From Octopus vulgaris (taxonomy: Eukaryota): DNA of 62,000 nt. Shown piece by piece: positions 23,506-36,400 of this stretch (positions within the stretch are counted from its first letter, which is position 1; each line of letters opens with the position of its first letter). Under the pieces are notes generated by a model, which was not told where the DNA came from, ran no database searches, and was given only the letters and a program-made list of their open reading frames with translations. A program made the position numbers and the translations under genes. The DNA is taken from the NCBI GenBank assembly GCA_951406725.2, contig OX597819.1, forward strand, positions 25,254,001 to 25,316,000, in the 5' to 3' direction.

Positions 23506-25085
23506 TCAGAGTAGGCCCATTCACACGATCCATTTTTCTCAATATTCATCCACCTTGCAACAAAATTCCTGGAGGGCAGTACTTCTATCTCTACCCTCAC
23601 TTTCCTTTTCAAGTGGGACTTAAAAAAGTCGATGAGGGCTCCGCCGAAGTGGAAAGTGTCTGTCTACAGTCCTTTCAGCCTCGTCTACCACACTACCTCT
23701 TTCGTTATAGCCACTAGGCAGAGGAAAATTGCCTTTCTCTCCCGGCCAAAAGAAGGCGGCGCGGCGATACTCCCAATGGATTCAGTTGACAACCGGATCC
23801 ATCCTACACGTGACAACAGCTGTTCGACAAAGCTCCACAAGTCAGTAACGCACGGACACTGGACGAGTGCATGCAGGACGGTTTCATCGCCCTACGTACA
23901 TCTCGGACAGGTCCATCTGAAAGCACTTCCATGTCTATAGAGCTTTCTCGAACCGGTAGAGCTCTCCGGTAGTATTGCCAGGCCAGTGATTTCTGGAACT
24001 TATCCATAGGCCCTGGCCCTAAAGTCCTCTGGAAAAGACCAGTCAATTGATCCCTCTCGACACCCAGAATTTCCCCGAATACATCGTCACTCTTTCCCTC
24101 TACTAATCCCCTATAGAACTCTATAGTAGAACTTCTACTGATCGCGTTGCTCGACTGGCAGAAGGCTGTGAGCGCTGGCCGACACTCTAGTTGCTAAGCG
24201 CCCTTTCTTGATCTGCGCTTGAACCAGGACTGCAACTCCGTCAGTGAGACGAGCTGCAGAAAGTCCCGTTTGACGAACGGCAACGGTACTTGCTCACCGT
24301 TAAGGAAACGCTGGAGATGACCAAGCCTCAGCGCATGTCTGCATATCCTTAGCCATGGCATGCCCAGTGCTCCACTTAACGGCTGTTGACAGCAGATGGA
24401 CCGCCTGACGAGCGGAACATGTCCCTTCCATAGGAAGTGGAGGAGCAAGCGCTCCAACTTTATCAGGCACGAAGTGGTGTAAAGGACGACGGTCAGGTGG
24501 TAGAAGATGACGGAAGCGATGTACGCATTCGCCACCTCCACTCGTCCTTTCAGGGACAGGCTCCTCTCTGCCCATTTCTGGGTGAGATTGGCTACCTCCA
24601 CCTAGTTCTAGTCCACCTCCAGGTGGACTAGAACAAATTCGCCGGGAAGGACGCGTTCAGCTTCCAATATCCTGGGCCCCGTCTATGGATCCGACGACTT
24701 TGAAATGTGGATAACTTATACTACTTCTATCTACATCTGGAAATCCTCTTTAGGCTTGCCCATGTTCACATTGGCTCATTTGGGAAATCCGGTGGGTACC
24801 TGTTAGCCAACTGGAAGTGACTGATCAGGCTGGCGAAGCTTTTACTCCCCCTCTCAGCTAATTCCACTCTATACAGGCGTGCGCCAAGATGGCGTTCCAG
24901 TCATTCACTAACATTAAAGAGCGTGATGTCCCAAGAGAAACCTCCAAACGTCTGAAGAAATCTGGCTGCCCCACCCCGTGGGACGTAAACAGCGACTAGT
25001 CTAAAGGCATCACATTCACTGTCGCTCACGTCCAGGACCACCAACTTACTCCCCAGGTCCAGGAACTTTGGAGGCAGGGGGTTCG
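23506..25085 (-). mobile_element. L1/Tx1-like LINE relic with RT domain deleted
   Basis: APE fragment (KLVVLDVSDSECDAFRLVAVY..DWNAIL), GPGYWKLNASF linker, then directly the post-RT region (KWAERSLSLKGRVEVANAYIAS..FLWKG; ETVLHALVQC zinc-finger remnant). Confidence 0.8.
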
Positions 25086-25552
25086 TAGATTACATCGACC
25101 GCAATAAGGATGAAAAACAAAGTCGACCTTGGCGGCATTTGAACCTTCGTTCTTTCGGGCGTAAAAATAAAAATAAAAATAAAAATAAATTTTATATATG
25201 GAGCGGGGGCTAGTCAATTATATCGGTTTCAGTGTTCGACTGGTAATTATTTTATCGACCCTGAAAGGGTTGAAACAAAAATCGACGTCCGCGGATTTGG
25301 AACTCAGTACTTAAAGACGGACGAAATGCCGCTTAGCATTTTATTTTGCCAGCTCGCCGCCTTTTTGCACGAGGCCAGCAATTTTGGGGGAAGTGTTAAG
25401 TCGGTTACATCGATCCTAGTATACAACTAGTACTTATTTTATTGATGAAAAACAAAGTTGACCTCGACAGAATTTGAACTCAGAACATAGAGACGGACGA
25501 AATGACGCTAAGCATTTTTCTCGGCGTGCCAACGATTCTGCCAGCTCGCCGC
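25086..25552 (-). mobile_element. Cluster of three SINE family B copies/fragments
   Basis: Heads GGCGGCGAGCTGGC on the minus strand ending at ~25361 and ~25552, plus a core fragment at 25086-25150. Confidence 0.8.
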
Positions 25553-25584
25553 TCTCAAGGAAATAAAAATAAGAATGATTGTGT

Positions 25585-25640
25585 GTATATATGACATACA
25601 TACATACATGCATACATGCATACATACATACATACATACA

Positions 25641-25674
<34 letters not shown>

Positions 25675-26057
25675 CATACATCCATCCATCCATACATACA
25701 TCCATACATACATACATACATACATACATACATACATACATACATACATACATACATACAAATATATTTAAGTTCGTATGTATGTATACATGTATGGATA
25801 TATATATGAATATATATGTACATATATATAGAAAAATATATGTATGTATGTATGTATCTATCTATCTATATATGCATATACATACACACATACATATATA
25901 CATACATACATACATCCATACATACATACATACATACGTACGTACCTACGTACATACATACACACAAACATACATTTGCACATACATACATACATACATA
26001 CATGAATACATGCATACATACATCATACATACATACATACATACATACATACATACA

Positions 26058-26091
<34 letters not shown>

Positions 26092-26206
26092 CAGACATAT
26101 ATACAAATATATTTAAGTTCGTATGTATGTATACATGTATGGATATATATATATGAATATATATGTACATATAAATAGAAAAATATATGTATGTATGTAT
26201 GTATCC

Positions 26207-26260
<54 letters not shown>

Positions 26261-26533
26261 ATATATATATCTATCTATCTATATACGCATATACATACAC
26301 ACACATATACATACATACATACATACATACATACATACATACATACATACATACATACGTACGTACGTACCTACCTACCTACCTACCTACGTACATACAT
26401 ACACACAAACATACATTTGCACATACATACATGCATACATGCATACATACATACATACATACATCATACATACATACGTATATACATACATATATACAAA
26501 TATATTTAAGTTCGTATGTATGTATACATGTAT

Positions 26534-26578
<45 letters not shown>

Positions 26579-27120
26579 TATATATGTACATATATATAGA
26601 AAAATATATGTATGTATGTATGTATGTATGTATCTATCTATCTATCTATATACGCATATACATACACACACATACATACATACACACACACATGCATACA
26701 TACATACATACACACACATACATACATACATACATACATATACACATATACACATATATACATACACACATACAAACATACATACATACACACATACATA
26801 CATACACACACATACATACATACATACACACATACATACATACATACATACATACATACATACATACATACATACATACATACATACATCCATCCATCCA
26901 TCCATCCATCCATCCATCCATACATACATACCTACATACATACATACATACACACTTGCATACATACATACATACATACATACATACACACACACATACA
27001 TACATACATACATACATACATACATACACAGATACATCCATCCATCCATCCATCCATCCATCCATCCATCCATACATACATACATACATACATACATTCA
27101 TACATACATACATACATGTA
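25585..27120. repeat. (CATA)n/(CATC)n/(TATC)n compound array with three nested ~345-390-bp units
   Basis: Anchor ACAAATATATTTAAGTTCGTATGTATGTATACATGTATGGATA recurs at ~25758, ~26103 and ~26496. Confidence 0.9.
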
Positions 27121-27266
27121 TAATCCAACAATAATAGACGTCACTCATAAGCAAGTATGCTTTGGTACTATGGTCTGTCTCTCTAAATGTCTTAAGGCCC
27201 AAATGTAGTCACGAATAGAAATATTCTTATTACCCTTGACCTAGCGGAACATCAAGGAGGCGTAGA

Positions 27267-27497
27267 GGCGGCGAGCTGGCAGAAACGTTAGCACACCGGG
27301 CGAAATGCTTTGCGGTATTGCGTCTGTCGTTGCGTTCTGAGTTCAAATTCCGCCGAGGTCGACTTTGCCTTTCATCCTTTCGGGGTCGATAAATTAAGTA
27401 CCAGTTACGCACTGGGGTCGATATAATCGACTTAATCCGTTTGTCTGTCCTTGTTTGTCCCTTCTATGTTTAGCCCCTTGTGGGCAATAAAGAAACA
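27267..27497 (+). mobile_element. SINE family B, full length
   Basis: GGCGGCGAGCTGGCAGAAACGTTAGC head, B-box-like GAGTTCAAATTCC, ends TGTGGGCAATAAAGAAA. Confidence 0.9.
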
Positions 27498-27508
27498 GAT
27501 AATACATA

Positions 27509-27554
<46 letters not shown>

Positions 27555-28494
27555 CTCTCTCTCTCTCTCTCTCTCTCACAGAATGAAGCTCGATATTATA
27601 TGTCTATCACCGAACTCATATATCAATACCTTTCTGGCACGTCCGTTTATTAGTATTTCTTTATCTTCCGTATATATTTGCTTCTTTTGTATTTCCTCAG
27701 TTATTAATCTTTGCTTTTCCTCTTTTCATTGCGAAATAGTAAAATACTTTAAAAACGAATGATGCAGTCTTGAGATGAAATATTTCTTAATTTCTTTCTG
27801 TTTGCAACAGTGTTGGCATTTTGCCCTTTGTATATTCGTCGTCGCTTTACGCCTACATATTCCTGCGGCTCATATTATTAATGTTTGTGTGCTTCAACCT
27901 TAACATTTTAGATGTCTCTACGTCTATACCTTTATCGTTAACACATTTGAAAGATGTATCTTCAATTGATAAGTGTGAAATATTTATAAGTAGGCACATT
28001 TTCTGTCTGGACAATTTGCCTTTATCGCTCTATAAAAATTTGCCACAAAATTTATGTGCGTTTGTCATTTTCAGACTCCCTCATTGTATAATATACCTTG
28101 TATCTTCTCCGCCAATTTTGTAGAATTGCAAGAAAGAGTTCCCAAAGCACAGAACTGTCATCTCTCTTGTGTTTGTTGATATATTTCCGTTTTATTTAAC
28201 TTGAAAAGAATGTGACAAACAAACTCTTTGTTATACTTTTGTGGTCTCAAGACAACCATGGCCTTACTTTTATTATAGCATTTAAGAAAGTACCTTGGAG
28301 TGAGAGAGAGGGAGAGAGGGAGACAGAAAGAGAGAGAGAGAAAGAAAGAGAGAGAGAAAGAGAAAGCAGGAGAGTGAGGAAGAGAGAGAGAGAGAGAGAG
28401 AGAGGAAGAGAGACACTGGTTTTCTGGTATCATCGACCAATAAATAATATCTGAACTTAAATATTTGTGGTGTTTCAACTGTTATTATCCCTGC

Positions 28495-28497
28495 AGC

Positions 28498-28538
<41 letters not shown>

Positions 28539-28556
28539 TATTATTATTATTATTTA

Positions 28557-28587
<31 letters not shown>

Positions 28588-28735
28588 AATTATTATTATT
28601 ATTATTATTAATATTATTATTATTGTTGTTGTTGTTGTTGTTGTTGTTGTTATTGTTGTCATTGTTGTTATTGTTGTTGTTGTTGTTGTTGTTGTTATTG
28701 TTGTCATTGTTGTTATTGTTGTTGTTGTTGCTGTT
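28495..28735. repeat. (TTA)n/(TTG)n microsatellite
   Basis: Direct inspection. Confidence 0.95.
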
Positions 28736-28899
28736 CGTCAATCGATACGTGTTGCTCATCGCCGCGTAAGTTTTGCTATTATTTATATTGTTATACATTG
28801 TTTTACATTGTACATTTGTTACTGTTACTTAGTTAAACAAACCAGGGTCTTGGAGAACTGGTTAGTTCTTTCCCATTTAGGAGCTATTTTTTTTGTTGC

Positions 28900-31800
28900 T
28901 AAAATCAAAGATGGCGAACAAAAACCGTCCATCCGCTGAAAATAACAGCGGGGTATCCGCAAGACAGAAGTGCCGAGTTGAACAAGACAGCGACTGTTTA
29001 GCAACAACAACAAGATTAACGCACGTGGAACGTATGAAAATGAATTCCCCTTACTTCTTTCTTCCCTTTTACCACCGCAGAAACAAGAGAAGAAAATCAC
29101 TAAAACATCAACAACACAAGCGAAAACACTTCCAACGCCACCGCTACCACCGTTGCCAGCAGCAGCAGCAGTAATAGTAGTGGTAGCAATATCAACAATA
29201 CGAGAGACAGTTAGGGCAGCAGCAACAGCGCTGGTAACAACAACAACAACAACAGCGATAGCAAAGGTAACAACAGCGATAGCAAAGTTATCAACAACGC
29301 CAATAACACCAGCCAAAACAATTACAACAACAGCAGCAGAAGTAGTAGGAGCTGCAGCAGCAACAACAGCAACGACAGCAACAACAACAATGCCCACGTT
29401 ACCAGCAACAACAAAAACACTTTCGCAGCGGCAGTAGCCAAAATGAGACCACAATTCAGCCTAGGTCTCACAAACAAAGATGAAATGTTTGCTCAAGTCT
29501 GGAAACTCACCAAACAAGAGCTAACCTGGGCAAATCTAACTATTCCGGCAGGAGCCATCGAAGAAGTGGAGAGAAGGGCAGTATATTTCATATGCATCTT
29601 AGGACAGAAGAAAAAAGTGGCTTTAATAGCACAAGCAGATATTGAAGCTGCGCTGAGATGTATCAGGAATGACACCGAATACATAGCGAGAAGCTGACAA
29701 TACGACACCGTTTCTATTCTTTTGTAAGTCAGAAGCCCTCGCTATGAAGCACTCAATGACTCCTTGCAAAACCATCTAGATCATAATGGGAAAAAGAACA
29801 GCTCGTGTCGCATTCCCAGGATTCCACCAGAACTTGATAAGTGGTGGGTTCTGGGATGCTTAATCGAGCAAGGGTCAGATACTGTCCCAATGGAGGTGAC
29901 AAAAACTGCCAGGTAGGACTAGTTTGGGGTTGACCTGGAGATACTTCTCCAGATCGGACCAGAAAACGCAAAAAAATCTTGGAGGGTAATACACATAATG
30001 ACTGAAGGCAAAAGATCACATTGTTTCGTTTGTGGAGAAACAACCCATTTTCGAGCTTCTGCCATCAAGTGATAAAAGGTGCAAGGGATTGAAGGTCTCC
30101 ACTGCTGCCTACGCCGAGGTAAAGACCACAACCAGCACCAGCACCCCGATCGTGAAACCTATATCGAAACTTTTAAAGTGGTTCCCCCACCACTAATTAC
30201 GGAAGTCGAACCACCCGAACTTAACGAGACACTGGAAGGTGAGTAAACCTTTCTTCTCTCTTTTTAGCTTGCGAACATGACCATATTAAGAGTAGGAAAT
30301 TTAAATGTTCGACGACTATCAGATCTTTGCATCTGTTAGTCTGCCGAGAATGGGAAATGGGGTGGCAGTGCTGTTAAGGAATGATCTGGATCTCGCGATA
30401 AGGTCGATCTTCGGGACCTTTGACGGTAAATTGGTGGACCTGGACTTGAGCAATAGTGAAGGTGGTGCCTTCAGACTGGTGGCCGTATACGCCCCTACCG
30501 GTGCCAAACGGCCGAATTTCTTTAGGCGTTTCGACGCTTTTCTGGGTACGTCTCACCCTTCACTGTTAGTGGGAGACTGGGACCGTATCTTAGACGCACG
30601 CTGGGATTGTGTGGAAATAGCTGATAGAAGCATGGGGTACAAAAGTCTCAAGTACCTGATCAGCCAGTTCCAGCTGTCTGACAAGTACCGACGAGATTTC
30701 CGTAATGCGCCAGTGTGGACCTGCACCAACCGTATCGGGTCATCTAGATCGTTTATAGTCAGGATTTTCAGTAGGAAAATAACCAGTGACTGTGTAAAAT
30801 GTTCCCATTTTAAAACGGTCGTCTATTCAGATCCAGAGTTTGTAATCTGTACGATAGGCCTAGATAAGACGCGTAGGTAAGGACCCGGTTACTGGAAGCT
30901 GAACATGTCGTTTCTGCTACGTAAGGCGTACTGGGACCGGGTCAACAATTTAGTTAAGCAAAAGTTGACAGGGGTGGGGATTGCCAACAACAAGTGGTGG
31001 GGCCTCTCAAAAGAGAGATTGAAGTAATATCGATAGGGTTTAGCAAAGAAGTGGCGTTAGAAAAATAGAAAGGGAGATGAGCTAGTAGCTAAGTTAGACG
31101 AGGCTATTTGTAGTAGCATTGCAACCAACCTGCTAGCAGCGAGAATGGCATTAGACTATTTCTTCAATGTGAAACAGGAAGTTTGCGTTGTCAGAGCTAA
31201 GGCGCGTGATCTGAGAAACGAGGGTACAAAAGCTGTTCGATGGACCCAGGTGGCAGAGGCACAGCGTGGTAAAACAACAATTCGGTTTTTGACGAACCGA
31301 GAGTGATACGGGCTGAGCGATTCCTGGCAGATGTGTGAGGCCTTACATCAGCACTTTGCTCAGTTGTTCGCGAGGAGTAGCGGGTGAGAGATGGTAGCGG
31401 ATTTCAGTCATTACATCGACGGCTTTCCACGCCTCTCGACGGCTTTCCACGCCTCTCGACGGCTTTCCACGCCTCTCGACGGCTTTCCACGCCTCTCGAC
31501 GGCTTTCCACGCCTCTCGACGGCTTTCCACACCTCTAGACGGCCGACGCCGAGCGCTGCGAAAAGCAGATAGTTTCAACCGAAATTCAAGATGCCCTTCA
31601 GGATGCCCTTTTCGGATGGTCTGCCCTATGAGCTTCACGGAAATATGCCAGACTTGTTCAATCTCCTCGAAGCGCTCTACTGCAACTGGCTGCAGAACGG
31701 GTGTGCTCCCAGTTCTGTGAGCAGGGGTGTAGTGACGCTGATAAAGAAAGACGAAAACAAGAGTGGTACACTAGATAACTTCAAGCCCATAACTCTGCTA

Positions 31801-32260
31801 AACACAGAGTTTAAAATTTTGGCGAAGGTGTTAGCGAAGTGGTTGGCGCTTGTCGTCAACGATTTGGTTGGGGAGGCGCAAATCTGTGCAATCCCGACCA
31901 AGTCCATTCGCGACAACCTCCATCTAATGCGATACATCATAGAAAGGGTAAGGTGTAAACCTGGGGCTCTGATCAATTTAGATACATCGAAAGCATTCGA
32001 TAGAGTCGACCATCTGTACCTGTAGGCTGTTATCAAAGCAGTTGGCTTCGGCCCCGTCTTCAGAGGTTGGATCGCTTGCAATGCACAGTGGCATCTGTTC
32101 AGTGGTCAAAGTTAATGGCCACCTCTCGGAGCAGTTTCAGATCTCCGGATCGGTCCGTCAAGGGTGCCCTTACACCTCCTTTCTGTACGTATTGACTCTT
32201 CAGCCTTTATTGCAGAAGCTGGTGCAGCTGCAAGGCATTCCGCTCGAACCTGGTCGCAGA
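28900..32260 (+). mobile_element. L1/Tx1-like LINE, decayed, 3'-truncated within RT
   Basis: ORF1 remnants with CFVCGETTH knuckle; APE (GVAVLL..RLVAVYAP..LLVGDWD..SDPEFV); GPGYWKLN linker; RT (DGLPYE..ITLLNTEFKILAKVLA..LINLDTSKAFDRV..SVRQGCP). Many stops and frameshifts; no YADD motif. Confidence 0.9.
31417..31536. repeat. 20-bp minisatellite x6 (CGACGGCTTTCCACGCCTCT) inside LINE ORF2
   Basis: Direct inspection. Confidence 0.95.
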
Positions 32261-32540
32261 AGATCTGGCATTTCAAGGCAGTTACAATACCAGTGATTAT
32301 AGGAGCACTTGGAATGATAAAAAAATAAAGGAACTGAAAATTATTTGAGGATAATCCCTGGCTCATCGTCTATGCAGAACGTGCAAAAGATTATCGTAAC
32401 TGGTACGTCACACGTGTTAAGAAGAGCAGTCCCACTGTGAATTTTCTTTCCTTTATTTCTTCTTCATTTTCTTTGTTTTCATTTTTTTCATTGTTTCTTC
32501 CCATCTTTTTCTCTCTGTCTTTCTTTCCCTTTTTTTATCT
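32259..32540 (+). mobile_element. R4/Dong-like 3' fragment
   Basis: KIWHFKAVTIPVIIGALGMIK..QKIIVTGTSHVLRRAVPL*, homologous to the end of the 34985-37243 ORF, followed by a pyrimidine-rich 3' UTR. Confidence 0.85.
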
Positions 32541-32694
32541 GTCACATGACTTTGTAAAAATAAAACGATCTGGTGTCCTTATTTTAATGGCTTATCAATG
32601 TATACAGGGAATGTCTTTGTCCTAGGTGTCGGGAAGACATTTGACAAGAAATGGAAACAAAATTGAAAGAAGTGGATAATGACAATGATTTCAA

Positions 32695-32892
32695 ATTTTT
32701 GCACAAGGCCAGCAATTTTGGGAGAGGGGATAAGTCGATATCATCAACCTCAGCATTCATCAGGTACTTATTTTATCACCCCGAAACGATGAAAAGCAAA
32801 GTCGACGGAATTGGAATTCAGAATGTAAAGACGGAATAAATGCCGCTAAGCCTTTTGTCCGGTGTGCTGACGATTCTGCTAGCTCACCGCCT
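32695..32892 (-). mobile_element. SINE family B
   Basis: Head GGCGGTGAGCTAGCAGAATCGTCAGC on the minus strand. Confidence 0.8.
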
Positions 32893-32893
32893 T

Positions 32894-32938
<45 letters not shown>

Positions 32939-32997
32939 AATAATAATAATAACAACAATAATAATAATAATAATAATGATAATAATAATAATAATCC

Positions 32998-33190
32998 TTT
33001 CTACTGGAGGTGCAAGGCCTGAAATTTGTGGGATGGGGACTAGTCGATTATATCGACCTCAGTGTTTCACTGGTACTTAATTTGTCAACACAGAATGGGT
33101 GAAAGGCAAAGTCGACCTCGGCGTAGCGACGGGCGAAATACCACTAAGCAATTCGTCTAGCGCTCTAACGATTTTGCCAGCTCGCCGCTT
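32998..33190 (-). mobile_element. SINE family B with (ATT/GTT)n tail
   Basis: Minus strand ends CCAGTAGAAAGG(ATT)n; the tail is the array at 32894-32997. Confidence 0.8.
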
Positions 33191-33212
33191 TAATAATAAT
33201 AATAATAATAAC

Positions 33213-33268
<56 letters not shown>

Positions 33269-33330
33269 TAACAATAATGATGATGATGATGATGATAATA
33301 ATAATAACAATAATGATGATGATGATGATG

Positions 33331-33430
<100 letters not shown>

Positions 33431-33445
33431 CAACAACAATAATAA

Positions 33446-36400
33446 GCCGACTACGGCTGCTATAATGGTACGATTATAATTGTAACGGCAATGATGGCCG
33501 TCTCCCCACGAGCCAATCAAAGCTAAAAAATGATAACATTATCGTAGCACCAAAATGTTTTTGGAAACTAAAAGGAAAACTAAATCAGTATACCAAATCG
33601 CTTGTCCTATGGTTAATCTGGAAGCGCGTCCTCCAGGGAAGAGCCAGCCTGGGATCGAAAAGTCATCAACTGGCACAAACTCTTCTCCGAATACGGACAT
33701 GGATGGTCACTTGAACGGGAAATCCCCCAAATCGAGCCCTCCAAGTTCACCACCACAACCACCACAGAAAGAAAAATGTAAGCGGAACAAATGGACCCGA
33801 GAAGAGTATAAAGAAGTAATATACGCTTATTACTATGCATTAGGTAGGCCATCTCAAGAGAGACACACCGCAAACTCTTACAGTATATGGAGAACACGGA
33901 ATCAAGACAGTAGGCCCTATTTGGACGAGAACAAATTAGCAAATGTGAGGAGGGATATCTTTAGAAATAACAGACTCACAGACAGTGAAATAAGCGCGAT
34001 CAAGCACGCAACGGAAAATGACATAAATATAAGACACAAAGGAAATGAAGAAGCAAATGAACAGTATAGCCCACCACGAGGCTTAATTGAAAGACTGCCA
34101 TCTGACCAAAGTACGCAAAGGCCTGAAGATACAAGAAATTCTATTGTACCTGTTAAAGATAGCCAGGAAAACGAAAGAACAACAGTAACTGAAGATCTCG
34201 CATTTGCTGAAGAACACAGAGAGTCTATAGCAGAAATGAGGCAGAAAATCCTGAATACGCTTGAAGTTGTAAGACATACAAGTATGAATGATAGAGAACC
34301 GCTTCATAAACTCTCAAATACAAACCAAAATAAAAAACAAATCCAAATTGGCAACTATGTAACAAATGAAATAATACGAGAATTAAAACCTGATTTTACT
34401 GAGTTAAATGAAATTATTTACGCTTCTGCTAGGGCAATTGAAACCAGCTGTATGCCCCCGAAAAAACAAAGAAAACAAAACCTGGGAAGAAATCAAACTT
34501 GGAGAAGTAAAATTGAAAAAGAGATTGAATTTATGAGAGGGGAAATATCAATATTAAATGAACTAATATGTGGAAATGATGTAAGATCCAGAACAGGAAG
34601 AAAGATGAAGAGAAAATTTGGATCCTCACCAAGAGAAGAACTGATATCAATAAAAGAAACGCTGAAACAAAAAGTCCAAGCAAAAGCCCAAAGAATACGA
34701 AGATTTGAGAAGAGAAACAAGTTTTACAAGCAAAATAAGCTGTTCACATCCAATGCCAAAAAATTCTACAGAGAAATAGGGAAGGAGAAAGTAACCGTTA
34801 AAGACCCCCCTCCCATGGAAGAAGTTCAAAACTTTTGGAAAAGGATTCGGAGTGACAAGAAGACGTACAACATAAATGCAGACTGGATTATACAAACTGA
34901 AGGATCCTACCAAAATTTATAACAACAAGCATGGGAAGACATCACAATAGCAGACCTAAGAAAGGCACTCACGAAGGCCCATAATTGGAAATCCCCGGTA
35001 AAGATAGGGTGCCGAATTTCTGGCTCGCATCGCTCCCGTGCGCACACGGTAAGCTAGTTCAGCTGCTCAATGGAATTATGAGAGACCCAAAGAAAACACC
35101 TGAATGGTTAGCAAGTGGCATTACTTACCTACTCCCAAAGAATAACGAAACCAACCTTCCAAAAAACTATCGGCCTATAACCTGTCTATCCACCACGTAT
35201 AAAATCCTAACATCTATCCTGGCGGAGAAAACATATGCATTCATGGAGAAGAACGATATTTTCCCCATTGAACAAAAAGGGTGCCGCCGAGGCTCTTACG
35301 GATGCAAAGATCAACTGCTAATCAATCGTATGATCCTTGAGAACTGTCACAACAAGCGCAGAAATCTCAGCACCGCATGGATTGACTATAAAAAGGCCTT
35401 CGACAGTATACCGCATCCATGGATCTTGAGATCGCTGGACATCTTCAAAATTTCCCCTGTGATTTCAAACTTCCTGAAGCACAATATGTCGTTGTGGAAT
35501 ACGAATCTCCAATTATACCAATCTAATGGAGTACTTGCCTCAGAAAATATAAACATCAACTCTGGAATTTTTCAAGGTGACTCAATTTCACCTTTAATAT
35601 TCTGCATAGCCCTAATACCCCTTACAAGTGAATTAAACAGAACAGGGTATGGGTATAAAATTGCCAATAAAAAAATAAGCCATCTATTTTATATGGATGA
35701 CTTAAAACTTTATGGTAAAGACAATAATGAACTTGAAGGCCTATTGCGCACCGTGAAATCATTCAGCGATGACATCGGGATGGAGTTTGGACTTGAGAAG
35801 TGTGCCAAGGCCACTTTCCAGAAAGGGAAAGTGAAGACCACAAATTCAGTCGTGTTAGATGTTGACACAGTCATAAGAGAGCTTGAGCAAGAACAAACAT
35901 ACAAATATTTAGGGATAAATGAAGGCTCTGGTATTCAGCATGCAAGCATGAAAGAGAAAATCAGGAAGGAATGTTATAGGAGAGTTCGTGCAGTCCTGAA
36001 ATCTGAACTAAATGCACGTAACAAGGTGTTAGCTATAAATTCCCTAGCAGTTCCAGTTGTTACTTATAGCTACAATGTGTTGAACTGGAATATGAGTGAA
36101 GTAAAGAATATAGATAGAAAAATACGCAAGCTGCTGAGTTGTAATAGGATGCACCACCCAAAGGCAGACGTAGATCGCCTTTACCTTCCCAGAGCCCAAG
36201 GAGGTCGAGGCCTGATCCAATTTGAACTAGCTTACAAAACAACCACAATTGGACTGGCCAAATATCTCGAAATATCGAATGACTGGATGCTAAAGCTCGT
36301 GGAAAATCACGAGAGGCGAAAGAAGCTTCATTCTATCATCAAGGAAAGCAAAAAATTTGCTATTGATCTCGTGCAGGATACCCAAACTGAACAACCCGAG

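Noticed and set aside
31417-31536. CRISPR-like array
   Set aside because: Head-to-tail 20-bp units with no spacers, in a eukaryotic LINE, and no cas genes
23506-32260. The two Tx1-like pieces as halves of one element split by inversion
   Set aside because: Both contain their own diverged APE domain and WKLN linker, so they are separate insertions
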